The position numbers and the translations under genes were made by a program. The notes under the pieces are model-generated. The model searched no databases. It was not told the origin of the DNA and saw nothing but the letters and a program-made list of their open reading frames with translations. Shown here in pieces: positions 8,700 through 17,856 of a stretch of DNA of 64,000 nucleotides. How positions within the stretch are numbered: position 1 is the stretch's first letter; each line of letters opens with the position of its first letter. This DNA comes from an uncultured Candidatus Saccharibacteria bacterium. GTDB taxonomy: Bacteria; Patescibacteriota; CAZHWT01. Location: assembly GCA_964554805.1 (NCBI GenBank), contig CAZKPX010000001.1:48245-112244 (forward strand). Reading direction: 5' to 3'.

Positions 8700-9126
8700 G
8701 AAACTAACAAGGTATGGCCTCGTTTTGCTAGGAGTCACCACTACGATACTGGGAGTGATCGGTATTTGGGTGCCCGGACTGCCAACGACAGTCTTCCTGC
8801 TGATTGCAGCATGGGCTTTTGGCAAATCAAATGATCGGCTCTATCTATGGCTGAGGTCGATAAAATGGCTAAAACCAGCTCTGGACGAGGTTGAACTCTA
8901 CCAGCAGAATCGGAGTGTTAGTCGAAGAGCCAAGCTGGTCTCGCAGAGTTGTGCCTGGTCTTCGGCGCTGTTGAGTCTGATTATGATTCAAAATCCTGTT
9001 GTGTGGGGCATCACCTTTGCGGCGGCTATTAGTTGTAGTCTGTTTATGTGGTGGTCGCCGACGCGAAGCGACCCTGATCTTTATCAGGGCAGACTTGAGC
9101 GACGAGCGACAGACGACGAGTTTTAA
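8683..9126 (+). CDS. DUF454 (YbaN-like) small membrane protein.
   Basis: Two TM hairpins and the motif WVPGLPTTVFLLIAAWAFGKSN. It overlaps the hemH 3' end. Confidence 0.55.
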   Translation: MPKAGKKLTRYGLVLLGVTTTILGVIGIWVPGLPTTVFLLIAAWAFGKSNDRLYLWLRSIKWLKPALDEVELYQQNRSVSRRAKLVSQSCAWSSALLSLIMIQNPVVWGITFAAAISCSLFMWWSPTRSDPDLYQGRLERRATDDEF

Positions 9127-9129
9127 AAA

Positions 9130-9424
9130 CTATTCGGGTTGGCGATTGGATTGGCCATCCAGATGAAGAGTCGTTGAGGGATCGCTGTGGGTAGTGCCTG
9201 CGTTGAGGTGTTTGTCGCTGATCTGCTGACTATTTTTGATGTCAGGCACCAGAGCCACGGCATGGCCACGGCTTAAATCATAGTCTTCTTTGAGCCAGTT
9301 AATAATCTGGCCGGCTTTGGTTTGGGGATCATCAAAACCTTTAGTCTTAGCTATGTTGATAAACTGGTTAGGGGTTAGGCTGGTTTTTTATTCAATATTG
9401 TCTAGGTAGGATTGGAATGACATG
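9130..9424 (-). pseudogene. DUF4287-like gene interrupted by an in-frame TAA at codon 12 (9388-9390).
   Basis: The minus-strand frame reads MSFQSYLDNIE*KTSLTPNQFINIAKTKGFDDPQTKAGQIINWLKEDYDLSRGHAVALVPDIK.... No Met follows the stop. The family motif as I recall it is MSFQAYLDNIEAKTGKTP...KGFDD...AWLK.DY.LGRGHA. Confidence 0.5.
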
Positions 9425-9562
9425 ACTCTATGATAAGAGCATCGTGTGACGGGCGATCCTGATCAACATCGGGACAGGCTCGGGTGGCGGGAACGGGCAT
9501 TTGGTAAACTAGCAAAAAGGGCTTGAAGTTGATTCTTGTCGCTTGTCGCTTGTCGAGCGTCG

Positions 9563-10342
9563 CTATTTCAGACGCTGACTGAGTCCGATGCCGCCGAATT
9601 GTTGGCAGATGTAGGTTGGTTGGTGATAAGAACTCAGACTAGCTGCATAGGTGTAGCCCAGATCGGCAAATTGATGGAACTGGTGCGGGTCTTTGGTTTG
9701 AGAGGTAATTAACCAGCGGGCAAAAGCACCTCGCGCTATCTTGGAATGAACGACTACTTGAGTCGGTTGTTTCGTAACAGAGTTGATGGTTAAGAAGGCA
9801 GGGGCAATGATAGTCTTGTCTGCATGGTATTTGGTAATTACTTGGCTATACTCTACCGAAGAAGTGTTGATGATCAAATCTGATTGGGGGATGTTGCTGT
9901 AGATTTGATCTCCCCAGAAGGAATATAGATTGTCGAAAGGTGCTGTGGGGAAACGGTAGGCCATCTCTAAACGGTATGGCATAATGCCGTCGAGAGGTCG
10001 AACGAAACCATACAGACCGGATAAGATAATTAAATGTTGTTGGGCGTATTGTCGTTGCTTTTGCGACAGAGAATCTGCCTGTAGGCCGCTGTAAATATCT
10101 CCAACAAAACTGTCGATGGCTAGTGACTGCTGATCGAGCTGCGCGCTCCAACGCTGGTATGTTTGACGAACCTTGTCCGCTAATGGCTCAGATATATGCA
10201 TTATCTGAGATAGCTGAGTGGCGGATAGACTTTGCACATACTCAGCCAATTGCTGGGCTTTGTCGATCAGAATTGGTTGAGTGGGTGAGCTACTTGGCCG
10301 CGGCGAGCGCATTGTCTTGGAGGAGTGTAGGAGGATAACCAT
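9563..10342 (-). CDS. yaaA: YaaA/UPF0246 (DUF328) peroxide-stress family protein.
   Basis: Motifs ILSGLYGFVRPLDGIMPYRLEM and the overall length match YaaA. Confidence 0.65.
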   Translation of the reverse strand: MVILLHSSKTMRSPRPSSSPTQPILIDKAQQLAEYVQSLSATQLSQIMHISEPLADKVRQTYQRWSAQLDQQSLAIDSFVGDIYSGLQADSLSQKQRQYAQQHLIILSGLYGFVRPLDGIMPYRLEMAYRFPTAPFDNLYSFWGDQIYSNIPQSDLIINTSSVEYSQVITKYHADKTIIAPAFLTINSVTKQPTQVVVHSKIARGAFARWLITSQTKDPHQFHQFADLGYTYAASLSSYHQPTYICQQFGGIGLSQRLK

Positions 10343-10368
10343 TGGTTCGAACGACTAATCTTTATTAA

Positions 10369-10800
10369 TTAGGCTCTGCCCATTGCGGGGTGTTGACTCA
10401 TCACATACTTGTACGAATCGGCTATTAATTGTCGAAGGATCTGCACATCGATGTCTGATAGTTTTTTAATATACAAGCAAACCTTGCCGGTTTGATGAGG
10501 ACCCAATTTACCTAGCAATTCTGGGGTGCTGGTTACGTCATTGGTGAGATAGATGGCTAATTTACCTTTGCGCGGAGAAAAAGCTGCTGCTGCCATCTCA
10601 CCCTGTCGCCCACTTTGATAGTGATAGTGGTAACTGCCGAAGCCGATAATGGCTGTGCCCCACATTACTGGCGGATATCCGGTAATATCAGTCATTATTT
10701 GGCACAACAGTCGAGTGTCGGATTGTTGCGGCTGATCTAGCTTGTCAATAAATTGTTCAACAGGGATATCTGTGGCGACGGTTTTGATGGAGTCAGGCAT
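10369..10800 (-). CDS. DUF1801 (YdhG-like) domain protein.
   Basis: 143 aa with a typical DUF1801 sequence pattern. Confidence 0.45.
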   Translation of the reverse strand: MPDSIKTVATDIPVEQFIDKLDQPQQSDTRLLCQIMTDITGYPPVMWGTAIIGFGSYHYHYQSGRQGEMAAAAFSPRKGKLAIYLTNDVTSTPELLGKLGPHQTGKVCLYIKKLSDIDVQILRQLIADSYKYVMSQHPAMGRA

Positions 10801-10821
10801 GATAATAAATATTCCGGCCGT

Positions 10822-11019
10822 CTATTCTTGCTCCGAAGGGATAATGACCCAGAAGATGAGGTATAACAGCAGACCTGGTCCACCCATAATAGCAATGATA
10901 ACCAACAGGGCTCTGGCTACGGTGACATCAATATTAAAAAAGTTGGCGAAGGCTAATCCAACTCCGGCAATCATGCGTCCTTGTCGAGGTCGAACTAATC
11001 GTTTTGGTTGTTTTTCCAT
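10822..11019 (-). CDS. PspC-domain small membrane protein.
   Basis: RMIAGVGLAFANFFNIDVTVARALLVIIAIMGGPGLLLYLIFWVIIP matches the PspC domain. Confidence 0.6.
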   Translation of the reverse strand: MEKQPKRLVRPRQGRMIAGVGLAFANFFNIDVTVARALLVIIAIMGGPGLLLYLIFWVIIPSEQE

Positions 11020-11126
11020 GAATACATTATACCCTATCTGTCTACTTATTTCAGAGATACACTTGACAATTATGTGAATAGGTATATAACTAAAGTAATA
11101 CTACTATTTACTATAGGGGGTTCTTT

Positions 11127-11690
11127 ATGGACGCACTTCAGGGTGAAAATCTCACCGTTCGCTGGTGGTTGTATACCTTACAAGGTATTGCAGCTATTTT
11201 ATTCGGTTTGGCGGCTGTGTTCTGGCCCGGGCTTACCTTAGTTAGTTTGGTGTATATTTTCAGCGCCTATATTCTGGTGGCTGGTATGATTGCTCTGATT
11301 GATGCATTTACGCACATCGGTCGAGGCCAATCATGGATTTTGACAATGTTGCTAGGCGTCCTCCAGCTGGGTGTAGGTGTATACCTTCTCCGCAATCCGA
11401 CGACTTCTTTTGCTGTCATTATTCTACTGATCGGTTTTTCTTTTATCGTCAGCGCTATTATCGAGGCAGTTATCGCTCTATCAGAAAAGGGTTCTGCCAC
11501 TGGCAAGGCTCTGCGAATTGTCAGCGCAATTTTGTTCCTGGTTGTCGGCGTATTCATCTTGATGCAGCCTGCAAGTAGCGGTGTGGCATTTGTCTGGATC
11601 TTGGGTCTGATGTCTTTGATCAATGGTCCAATTGCTATCGCCATGTCGATGGATGTCAAGAAGGCTCAAGATCTTCAAGAGCAAGCGTAA
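11127..11690 (+). CDS. HdeD/DUF308 family membrane protein.
   Basis: Six TM segments with GIAAILFGLAAVFWPG repeats, typical of DUF308. Confidence 0.55.
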   Translation: MDALQGENLTVRWWLYTLQGIAAILFGLAAVFWPGLTLVSLVYIFSAYILVAGMIALIDAFTHIGRGQSWILTMLLGVLQLGVGVYLLRNPTTSFAVIILLIGFSFIVSAIIEAVIALSEKGSATGKALRIVSAILFLVVGVFILMQPASSGVAFVWILGLMSLINGPIAIAMSMDVKKAQDLQEQA

Positions 11691-11745
11691 CATTGGGATA
11701 TAGGATCCGCCGGCTGGCGGAAGGATATAGATTAAATTTTAGTTG

Positions 11746-11776
11746 AAAAATCCCGGCTGTGATGGCCGGGATTTTG
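11746..11776. terminator. Bidirectional intrinsic terminator between convergent genes.
   Basis: AAAA-ATCCCGGC-tgtgatg-GCCGGGAT-TTTT. Confidence 0.5.
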
Positions 11777-11814
11777 TGGAATATTGCCACCTATTAAATC
11801 GCTACGAATAGGGG

Positions 11815-12975
11815 TTATTTCTTACGACTGATTAGTTGCTGGGTGAGTTGTGGATCGATGGCTGGGACCATGGCTTTCCATTGGGCTTCACCGACATCGG
11901 TGGTGCCTCGGCCTTCAAACAGCCAAACCGGTTGAGCATATTGCGCATTTTGTGGATCGGGCTCTAAATAGGCCAGGCTGACAAACAGCACGCGGGCTGC
12001 GGTGAGAGTCTTGGGTAGAGTGGTGGCATTGACCGGTTCAACGGCGGTCAAGGCTGCAGTGACATTACTTTTTAAAAGCTCGTACGCCGTACTGGCCGAG
12101 ATAATTGGATAGGTGGCGAATTGAGATTTATCGATCGGTAGATAATTGCTGCCCAAACTAACCAGTTGATCAACCGCAATAGTTGTCGGTGTCGTGGTTC
12201 GGGAGGTAGTTGGCAATGCTGGAATTACTACAGCCACAATTGGACCCAGTTTGCCAAATCTACTATAAAAAGGAAGTTCATTTAAGCTGGTACGCAAGAA
12301 GCTGACTTGGGCATAGCTGGTCGGAATTGCCGCATCTTCGGGTTGAGGCAAGAAGGTGTTGGCTTGACCCGGAATTGGATTAACGAACCTGACAGTGGGT
12401 TGAGTGTAATCAATATCGGTGTATAGCAGCTGTCCTTGTAACCATTGTGATGTTTGGCGACCAATAGGGCTGGTGCGGGTAAATGCTTGTCGGTTTGCCA
12501 TATTTATCTTGGCAATATCATCTGTCGACAATGACACTGCTTGGTCACGTAAAAGTACGGTAAGTGAGCGATTTTCTTGTTGCCAGGTCAGCTTGGTGCT
12601 ATCTGACTGATTTGGCTCGGCGGTAAAACCTAGATTGGTGGCTTTGGCTCGGGCTTTGTCTTGAGCGGTTAATGAGAGAGAGGGGTTGGCCACTTTGTAG
12701 ACACGAGCAGTGGCGCTGGCTTGAGGAAAGGAGCCGTTGACCAAATCTAGGCTGAGAGAAACCGTGCTGGCTGCTATTTTTTCTGAATTGATAAGTGGCT
12801 TGTCAATTGATCCAAATTTGACGTCAGCGGTGGCGCTGATCTGCTGGGCACGATCGACACCAATTTGAGAAATGGCATTAATGATGACTCTGAATATGAT
12901 GACAGCAACTAAGGCAGCTCCTACGCCTAGGGCGATCATCCGCGTCATTTTTTTGGCACGAGTTAAAGTAGTCAT
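11815..12975 (-). CDS. Membrane-anchored hypothetical protein.
   Basis: 386-aa ORF with an N-terminal TM segment (MIALGVGAALVAVIIF) and no recognisable domain. Confidence 0.4.
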   Translation of the reverse strand: MTTLTRAKKMTRMIALGVGAALVAVIIFRVIINAISQIGVDRAQQISATADVKFGSIDKPLINSEKIAASTVSLSLDLVNGSFPQASATARVYKVANPSLSLTAQDKARAKATNLGFTAEPNQSDSTKLTWQQENRSLTVLLRDQAVSLSTDDIAKINMANRQAFTRTSPIGRQTSQWLQGQLLYTDIDYTQPTVRFVNPIPGQANTFLPQPEDAAIPTSYAQVSFLRTSLNELPFYSRFGKLGPIVAVVIPALPTTSRTTTPTTIAVDQLVSLGSNYLPIDKSQFATYPIISASTAYELLKSNVTAALTAVEPVNATTLPKTLTAARVLFVSLAYLEPDPQNAQYAQPVWLFEGRGTTDVGEAQWKAMVPAIDPQLTQQLISRKK

Positions 12976-13289
12976 GTGGGGATAAGCATGGAGATGCTTG
13001 TATGATTATAGCAACTTCGGCAGGTTAAAGGCTAGTGGAGCTAAAACTTGCCGGAAAATGCTGTAATCATTAGTTTTGTATTCATTTTTTAAAATTCACT
13101 ACACTTCACAAAAGCCTAATCCAATTTCTGCCTGTCATTTTTTCATACCACACCAATGCAGCCAGCTCAGCTGGCGGATATTGAGACGCGAGACGCGGAT
13201 ATGGAAAGGGCTGATTCTGGATTTTGGTGGTTTTTACGATATCCAATATCCGTGTCTCGATATTCGCTTTGCTTGGCAAAGCTGTATTT

Positions 13290-13331
13290 CTTTCTTCTGA
13301 CTGCCCTTCTCTGAAGTGGTATAATGGGCAT
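13290..13331 (+). promoter_or_regulatory. gltX promoter with an extended -10 (TGgTATAAT at 13317-13325). The ATG lies 6 nt downstream, so the mRNA is predicted to be leaderless.
   Basis: tggTATAATgggcatATG. A hairpin GCTTTGC-ttg-GCAAAGC plus a T-rich run lies just upstream at 13269-13300. Confidence 0.4.
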
Positions 13332-14756
13332 ATGTCTGTACGAACTCGAATCGCACCATCTCCGACCGGTTTGCCCCATGTTGGCACTGCCTATCAATCA
13401 TTATTTGATTATGTGTGGGCTAAGAAGCATGGTGGTCAGTTTGTATTGCGATTAGAAGATACTGATCGGGCTCGAATGGTGGAAGGTGCTGATAAGAATA
13501 TTTATGAAATGTTGCGTTGGTTAGGACTGCCGTTTGATGAGGGGCCTGACATTGGTGGAGAATACGGGCCATATGTTCAGTCTGAGCGACTGAGCTTGTA
13601 TCGAGAGTATGCAGAAAAATTGCTGGCTGATCATAATGCTTACTATTGTTTTTGCAGTGCTGAGCGATTGGCTGAAATGCGGGCTGAGCAACAAAAGAAT
13701 CACCAGCCGCCCAAGTATGACCGTCATTGTCTGGGTTTGAGCCAACAAGACGTGTCAGCTAAGTTGGCTGAGGATCAACCTTATGTAGTCCGAATGAAGA
13801 TTCCTGAGGGCGAGACCAGTTTTGAAGACAGAATTAGAGGCCAAATCACCTTTCAGAATACCGAGATTGATGATCAGGTTATTTTGAAGTCCGATGGCTT
13901 TCCTACTTATCATTTGGCGGTGGTCGTTGATGATCAGTTGATGCATATTACTGATATTATTCGTGGCGAGGAATGGATTTCTTCAACTCCGAAACATATA
14001 TTGCTCTATCAATTCTTAGGCTGGGAAGTTCCTACTTTTACTCACTTATCACTGTTACTCAATAATGACAAATCTAAACTATCGAAGCGCAAGAATGATG
14101 TGTCACTACTTTCCTATAAAGATCAGGGCTACTTGCCTGAAGCGATGATTAACTTTTTGGGTCAGTGTGCTTGGTCTCACCCGGAGAGCAAGGATATCTA
14201 TTCTATGGACGAGATGATCGGTCTATTTAGTTGGGATCGGGTCCAAAAGACCGGCTCTATCTTTGGTGTTGATAAATTGAAGTGGTTTAATGGTCAATAT
14301 ATTAGGGCTATGAGTGTTGCTGAATTGGCTGAGAGGTTGACTGATTATTCTCGTCACTCTTTGACAGACATTAAGCATATTCTGCCGCTGGTTCATGATC
14401 GATTGACGGTTTTGTCGGAGTTTGATGAACTGACTGATTTTTTGTTTGAAGAGCTGGACTATGACAAGGATGAATTGATTGCCAAAGGCCAGACTGCTGA
14501 AAGTTGTCGTATGATGTTGGCAGATATTTTGGCTGCGATGGCTGAGCTACCTCAGCCATGGACTCATGAAGCCTGGGAGACATCTATCAGGGATATTGCA
14601 ACCAAACATGACTGGAAAGCTGGCCAAGCCTTTATGGTACTGCGAGTAGCTATCACCGGCTCGACTATGTCCCCTCCGTTGTATGAGAGCATGGAGTTGT
14701 TGGGTGTTGAAAAATGCTTGAGCAGGATTCAGGCTGGTTTGAGTAAGTTGGATTGA
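13332..14756 (+). CDS. gltX: Glutamate--tRNA ligase.
   Basis: Class I motifs: RIAPSPTGLPHVGTAY (HIGH-like) and KLSKRK (KMSKS). Confidence 0.85.
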   Translation: MSVRTRIAPSPTGLPHVGTAYQSLFDYVWAKKHGGQFVLRLEDTDRARMVEGADKNIYEMLRWLGLPFDEGPDIGGEYGPYVQSERLSLYREYAEKLLADHNAYYCFCSAERLAEMRAEQQKNHQPPKYDRHCLGLSQQDVSAKLAEDQPYVVRMKIPEGETSFEDRIRGQITFQNTEIDDQVILKSDGFPTYHLAVVVDDQLMHITDIIRGEEWISSTPKHILLYQFLGWEVPTFTHLSLLLNNDKSKLSKRKNDVSLLSYKDQGYLPEAMINFLGQCAWSHPESKDIYSMDEMIGLFSWDRVQKTGSIFGVDKLKWFNGQYIRAMSVAELAERLTDYSRHSLTDIKHILPLVHDRLTVLSEFDELTDFLFEELDYDKDELIAKGQTAESCRMMLADILAAMAELPQPWTHEAWETSIRDIATKHDWKAGQAFMVLRVAITGSTMSPPLYESMELLGVEKCLSRIQAGLSKLD

Positions 14757-14760
14757 GGCT

Positions 14761-15684
14761 ATGGCAAAGCATGCACTGTCCTACAAGCTAGCGCCTAAGC
14801 CGCCTACAGATTATTACGTAACTTCTACTAACATAAAGGGCGTAGAGACGTACGCTCCTCCTCGTGAAGCTTTTCAATTTTTATCAGATCTAAAAAAGCT
14901 CGAGTTTCTTCACCAACACCAAGACCGCGCTACTTATCGAGCACAACTTGGTGCTGTCACTATAGAGAATCTAGTCACAAGCATGATGGGGTTTGACGGT
15001 GACAATGATACGTTGCAAACTCAATATAAGGATGCAGCTGAGCGAAAATATCACAGAAAACCCTTTTTTATTGAGTCTGAGATAGTCTATTGGGGCGGTA
15101 TAGGCGAGTATGCAGCCTACAGAATGTTTGAAAAGCTCCAGGGTCAATCGGACTATACTTTTCAGTATGAGAGGGCTAGCCTAGAAGAGGACTTATCGGG
15201 GATTGACGCTTGGGTGACCCCTGACAATCAACTGGCTGAGTTTCAGACAACATCCGGAGAACAAGCTCGCTTAGCTGTTGCAATTAAGCATGTTATGAAT
15301 GTTCCAGCAGAGATTAATGACATCATTTTTCCTCTAAGAGACGTTCATGATTTAGACGCTATTGTTGACGGGCTAGGTGCAGACTTGCAATGTTATTCAT
15401 CACCAGACTACTCTTGGGAGCAATTATTAAAATGCAGATCAGATGTGAAAAAAGTAGCCGATGCAGCATTTTGGAGGTTTCAAGGCTATGCCCCCGACAC
15501 TTCAGCTGAGAGTGGTTGGCAAAAGAAGTATCCAAGTATCAGTGAAATATATGGCGATGGAATTGTTCCAACTTTTTTATTAGTCTCCAAAAATAATAAG
15601 CGAAATGGCGAGACCCTTGTTGACCTGGAGGATCTCTATACACTTGAGTCGCAGCTAACTGATAATCCTGATAAATGGTCTTGA
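14761..15684 (+). CDS. Hypothetical protein (ORFan), 4 nt after gltX.
   Basis: 307-aa ORF with no recognisable domain. Confidence 0.4.
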   Translation: MAKHALSYKLAPKPPTDYYVTSTNIKGVETYAPPREAFQFLSDLKKLEFLHQHQDRATYRAQLGAVTIENLVTSMMGFDGDNDTLQTQYKDAAERKYHRKPFFIESEIVYWGGIGEYAAYRMFEKLQGQSDYTFQYERASLEEDLSGIDAWVTPDNQLAEFQTTSGEQARLAVAIKHVMNVPAEINDIIFPLRDVHDLDAIVDGLGADLQCYSSPDYSWEQLLKCRSDVKKVADAAFWRFQGYAPDTSAESGWQKKYPSISEIYGDGIVPTFLLVSKNNKRNGETLVDLEDLYTLESQLTDNPDKWS

Positions 15685-15741
15685 CTTAAATCCTATAGTA
15701 TGTTATTGTATGTCCGTTTGGTTTCGCGAAGGAGATAGGAA

Positions 15742-16086
15742 GTGGCAAGGCCACCCAACCAGATTAATCAATTGGTCATCTTGTTGTTTGTAAATTCAAT
15801 TCTAGAACAGAAAGGCTTTACAACTCTTCCACACCTCGATTTGCTGGCACTCGATCGGCTTCATGAGCCCCATGAACTGTGGGCATTGCTCCTACTGAAA
15901 GATGATCAGGCACTGTTTGTTCGATATCAGTATTGTAACGAACAAAATCAGCTGCGTTTCGAGTGGCTTGGTGCTGATTTGCTAACCAAGAGCACAATCG
16001 AGGATGAATTGTTTTACAGTGGACCTGTTTGGGGTGCTGAATTGTTTCATCCGCACCAGGTCGAGCGACTGTCTCGACCACAATAA
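15742..16086 (+). CDS. Hypothetical protein.
   Basis: 114-aa ORF followed by a strong terminator. Confidence 0.35.
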   Translation: MARPPNQINQLVILLFVNSILEQKGFTTLPHLDLLALDRLHEPHELWALLLLKDDQALFVRYQYCNEQNQLRFEWLGADLLTKSTIEDELFYSGPVWGAELFHPHQVERLSRPQ

Positions 16087-16125
16087 CGCCTCGTCTATCA
16101 ATGACGAGGCGTTCACATTTCTATA
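16085..16125 (+). terminator. Rho-independent terminator.
   Basis: AACGCCTCGTC-tatcaat-GACGAGGCGTT, then a T-rich tail. Confidence 0.55.
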
Positions 16126-16196
16126 TTCTTTATTTAAAAATGCGAAAGGGCCCGGGATATAAATATCCCGAGCCCTTAATGTCGCCAGTCGATGAC

Positions 16197-16436
16197 TCAG
16201 AGGTAATCGAGTCCCTGAAATTGAGGGGCGGATCGGTTTATCTCGACCGGATCATCGTTGATCCAGCCGGAGGACCGCTCGTTGAGTCCTCCGAAGCCGT
16301 AGAGGGCGAGATTGCTCTCACCCGCGTTGCTGGCTAATGCTGCCAGCGACGCGAATGGGTCAGGCTGCTCTGATGAAGCAGCGACCGTGCGCAACAAGTT
16401 GGAGGAATTGTTGACCGCATTTTTCTTGCCAGCCAT
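16197..16436 (-). CDS. Small hypothetical protein (79 aa from ATG 16436).
   Basis: AAAGGAAG SD 6 nt before the ATG. The track ORF (16197..16454) starts a few codons earlier. Confidence 0.35.
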   Translation of the reverse strand: MAGKKNAVNNSSNLLRTVAASSEQPDPFASLAALASNAGESNLALYGFGGLNERSSGWINDDPVEINRSAPQFQGLDYL

Positions 16437-16449
16437 AAAGAACTTCCTT

Positions 16450-16497
16450 TTCACCTGATGTGGTGAATACGCGACATTTTAGAAGTGAACGGTTCAC
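16450..16497. promoter_or_regulatory. Candidate operator of two palindromes built from GTGAA half-sites.
   Basis: TTCACC-n6-GGTGAA at 16450-16467 and the perfect palindrome GTGAAC-g-GTTCAC at 16485-16497, in the promoter region of the minus-strand small gene. Confidence 0.35.
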
Positions 16498-16712
16498 CTC
16501 ATCTGAGTCACGCTAGTACATTCAGTAAATGCATCAGTGTAACTCCGATGTGAATGTGTTCTTTATCTAAATATACTTATATTATATCGCTATAAGCCTC
16601 TTTTGTCAAGTTATAGGCTGTCTGGGCTGGCTAGATACACCAACGCTATGCATATTATAGGTCGTATGTTATTATATACCTACTTAGCCGAGAGACAAGG
16701 AAAGGAAATCGG

Positions 16713-17003
16713 ATGGATGGTGGTACGTCTCCATCTCTAGTTACATTCACTACGGAGGAGCGGGCTGATCGAGCTATAATCCGTGCACGGTTCAGCCAAA
16801 ACCCGGCGGCGGATCGGTTCAGCCAAATACTGCACGCTGAACATCCCGAGCTTCATCCTCAACCATGGATATGCATCGGGGTTGTTCTCTTTGACGACCC
16901 TGGCCCAGAGATGAAGGAGCAGATCCAGAACCTCGGTTGGGCTACGGCGGAGCAATTTCCGCCTCTAAAACAACGCTACCCGCCCTCAGTATTTACTATC
17001 TGA
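16713..17003 (+). CDS. Hypothetical protein.
   Basis: 96 aa with an AAGGAAAGGAAA SD. No recognisable domain. Confidence 0.4.
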   Translation: MDGGTSPSLVTFTTEERADRAIIRARFSQNPAADRFSQILHAEHPELHPQPWICIGVVLFDDPGPEMKEQIQNLGWATAEQFPPLKQRYPPSVFTI

Positions 17004-17149
17004 TTTTGGACACATCAACAAAACGCCTGGTCGTCATTGACCAGGCGTTTCTTCGTATTGAATAATAGCGTGGCGGAGGGTTGACTATCTGGTAGTAGTG
17101 GATTATAAGTAAACCAGTTCGGAGAGCTGTCTCTGATTTAGATAGAAGG

Positions 17150-17773
17150 ATGCCAGGGATGACTATTGCCCGAAGTGACGCATTGGCGAACTTTATCAAC
17201 GGTGCACGTCCGCCCGATCCCAGACTATGGGAGCATGGCGAGGTCGCCATCATTTTGGCTGGCAGTCCTGATTTGGTAATACTTGAGGCCTCGGAGGCGA
17301 GGATTCTCTTTGAGATACCGGAATTCCCGGGATACTGCCCAAAAAGTGCCATGGCCTTACAGCTGCCGTCGGGCAGACTGTCCTTGCGCTATGATGATGG
17401 CGCAATCATCAATGTCGGGTCTGATATGATGCTGGAGCAGCAGCTTTGTTTCAGACTAGAGGGATTGGATTTCCAAGGTATTGCCGGCCACTATCGACCA
17501 ATCTTGGCTGAGACCGTGTGCGAAATGCTAGGACGAAGCCAAGGTATCGACTCGCTCAAGCCGCAGGTTCTGATAGATCTGCCCGATAATCAGGCGGTAG
17601 AGCTCCTGAGCGTAACTACCTCAGCCAGCGGTTCAGCCAACAACAGATACGGGGCGCACGACCGTGTGGTGAACTATGAATGCTTCGCCAGTGAGGCCGG
17701 CGCTTGGCTGGCTAGATGGCAGACTGCGCTCGGGAAAGAATCGAAGCAGATGGCTGCTAGCCATTTGATCTGA
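17150..17773 (+). CDS. Hypothetical protein.
   Basis: 207 aa, with a terminator immediately after it. Confidence 0.4.
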   Translation: MPGMTIARSDALANFINGARPPDPRLWEHGEVAIILAGSPDLVILEASEARILFEIPEFPGYCPKSAMALQLPSGRLSLRYDDGAIINVGSDMMLEQQLCFRLEGLDFQGIAGHYRPILAETVCEMLGRSQGIDSLKPQVLIDLPDNQAVELLSVTTSASGSANNRYGAHDRVVNYECFASEAGAWLARWQTALGKESKQMAASHLI

Positions 17774-17791
17774 GGCGCGAAGATGAGACAT

Positions 17792-17835
17792 GGCCCCCTA
17801 AGTATTAATACTCAGGGGGCCACAATTGTTTTACG
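17792..17835 (+). terminator. Rho-independent terminator.
   Basis: GGCCCCCT-aagtattaatactc-AGGGGGCC, then a T-rich tail (acaattgtttt). Confidence 0.55.
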
Positions 17836-17856
17836 CCTTATATTTTAGATGGTTGA

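Noticed and set aside
13206-13225. tmRNA gene, based on a GGGCTGATTCTGGATT match to the tmRNA 5' end.
   Set aside because: No downstream tag-ORF/pseudoknot region and no tRNA-like 3' domain. The gltX promoter and start follow within 100 nt.
13170-13331. T-box riboswitch leader upstream of gltX.
   Set aside because: The conserved T-box sequence AGGGTGGNACCGCG is absent. The -10 hexamer sits 6 nt from the ATG, so there is no room for a leader.
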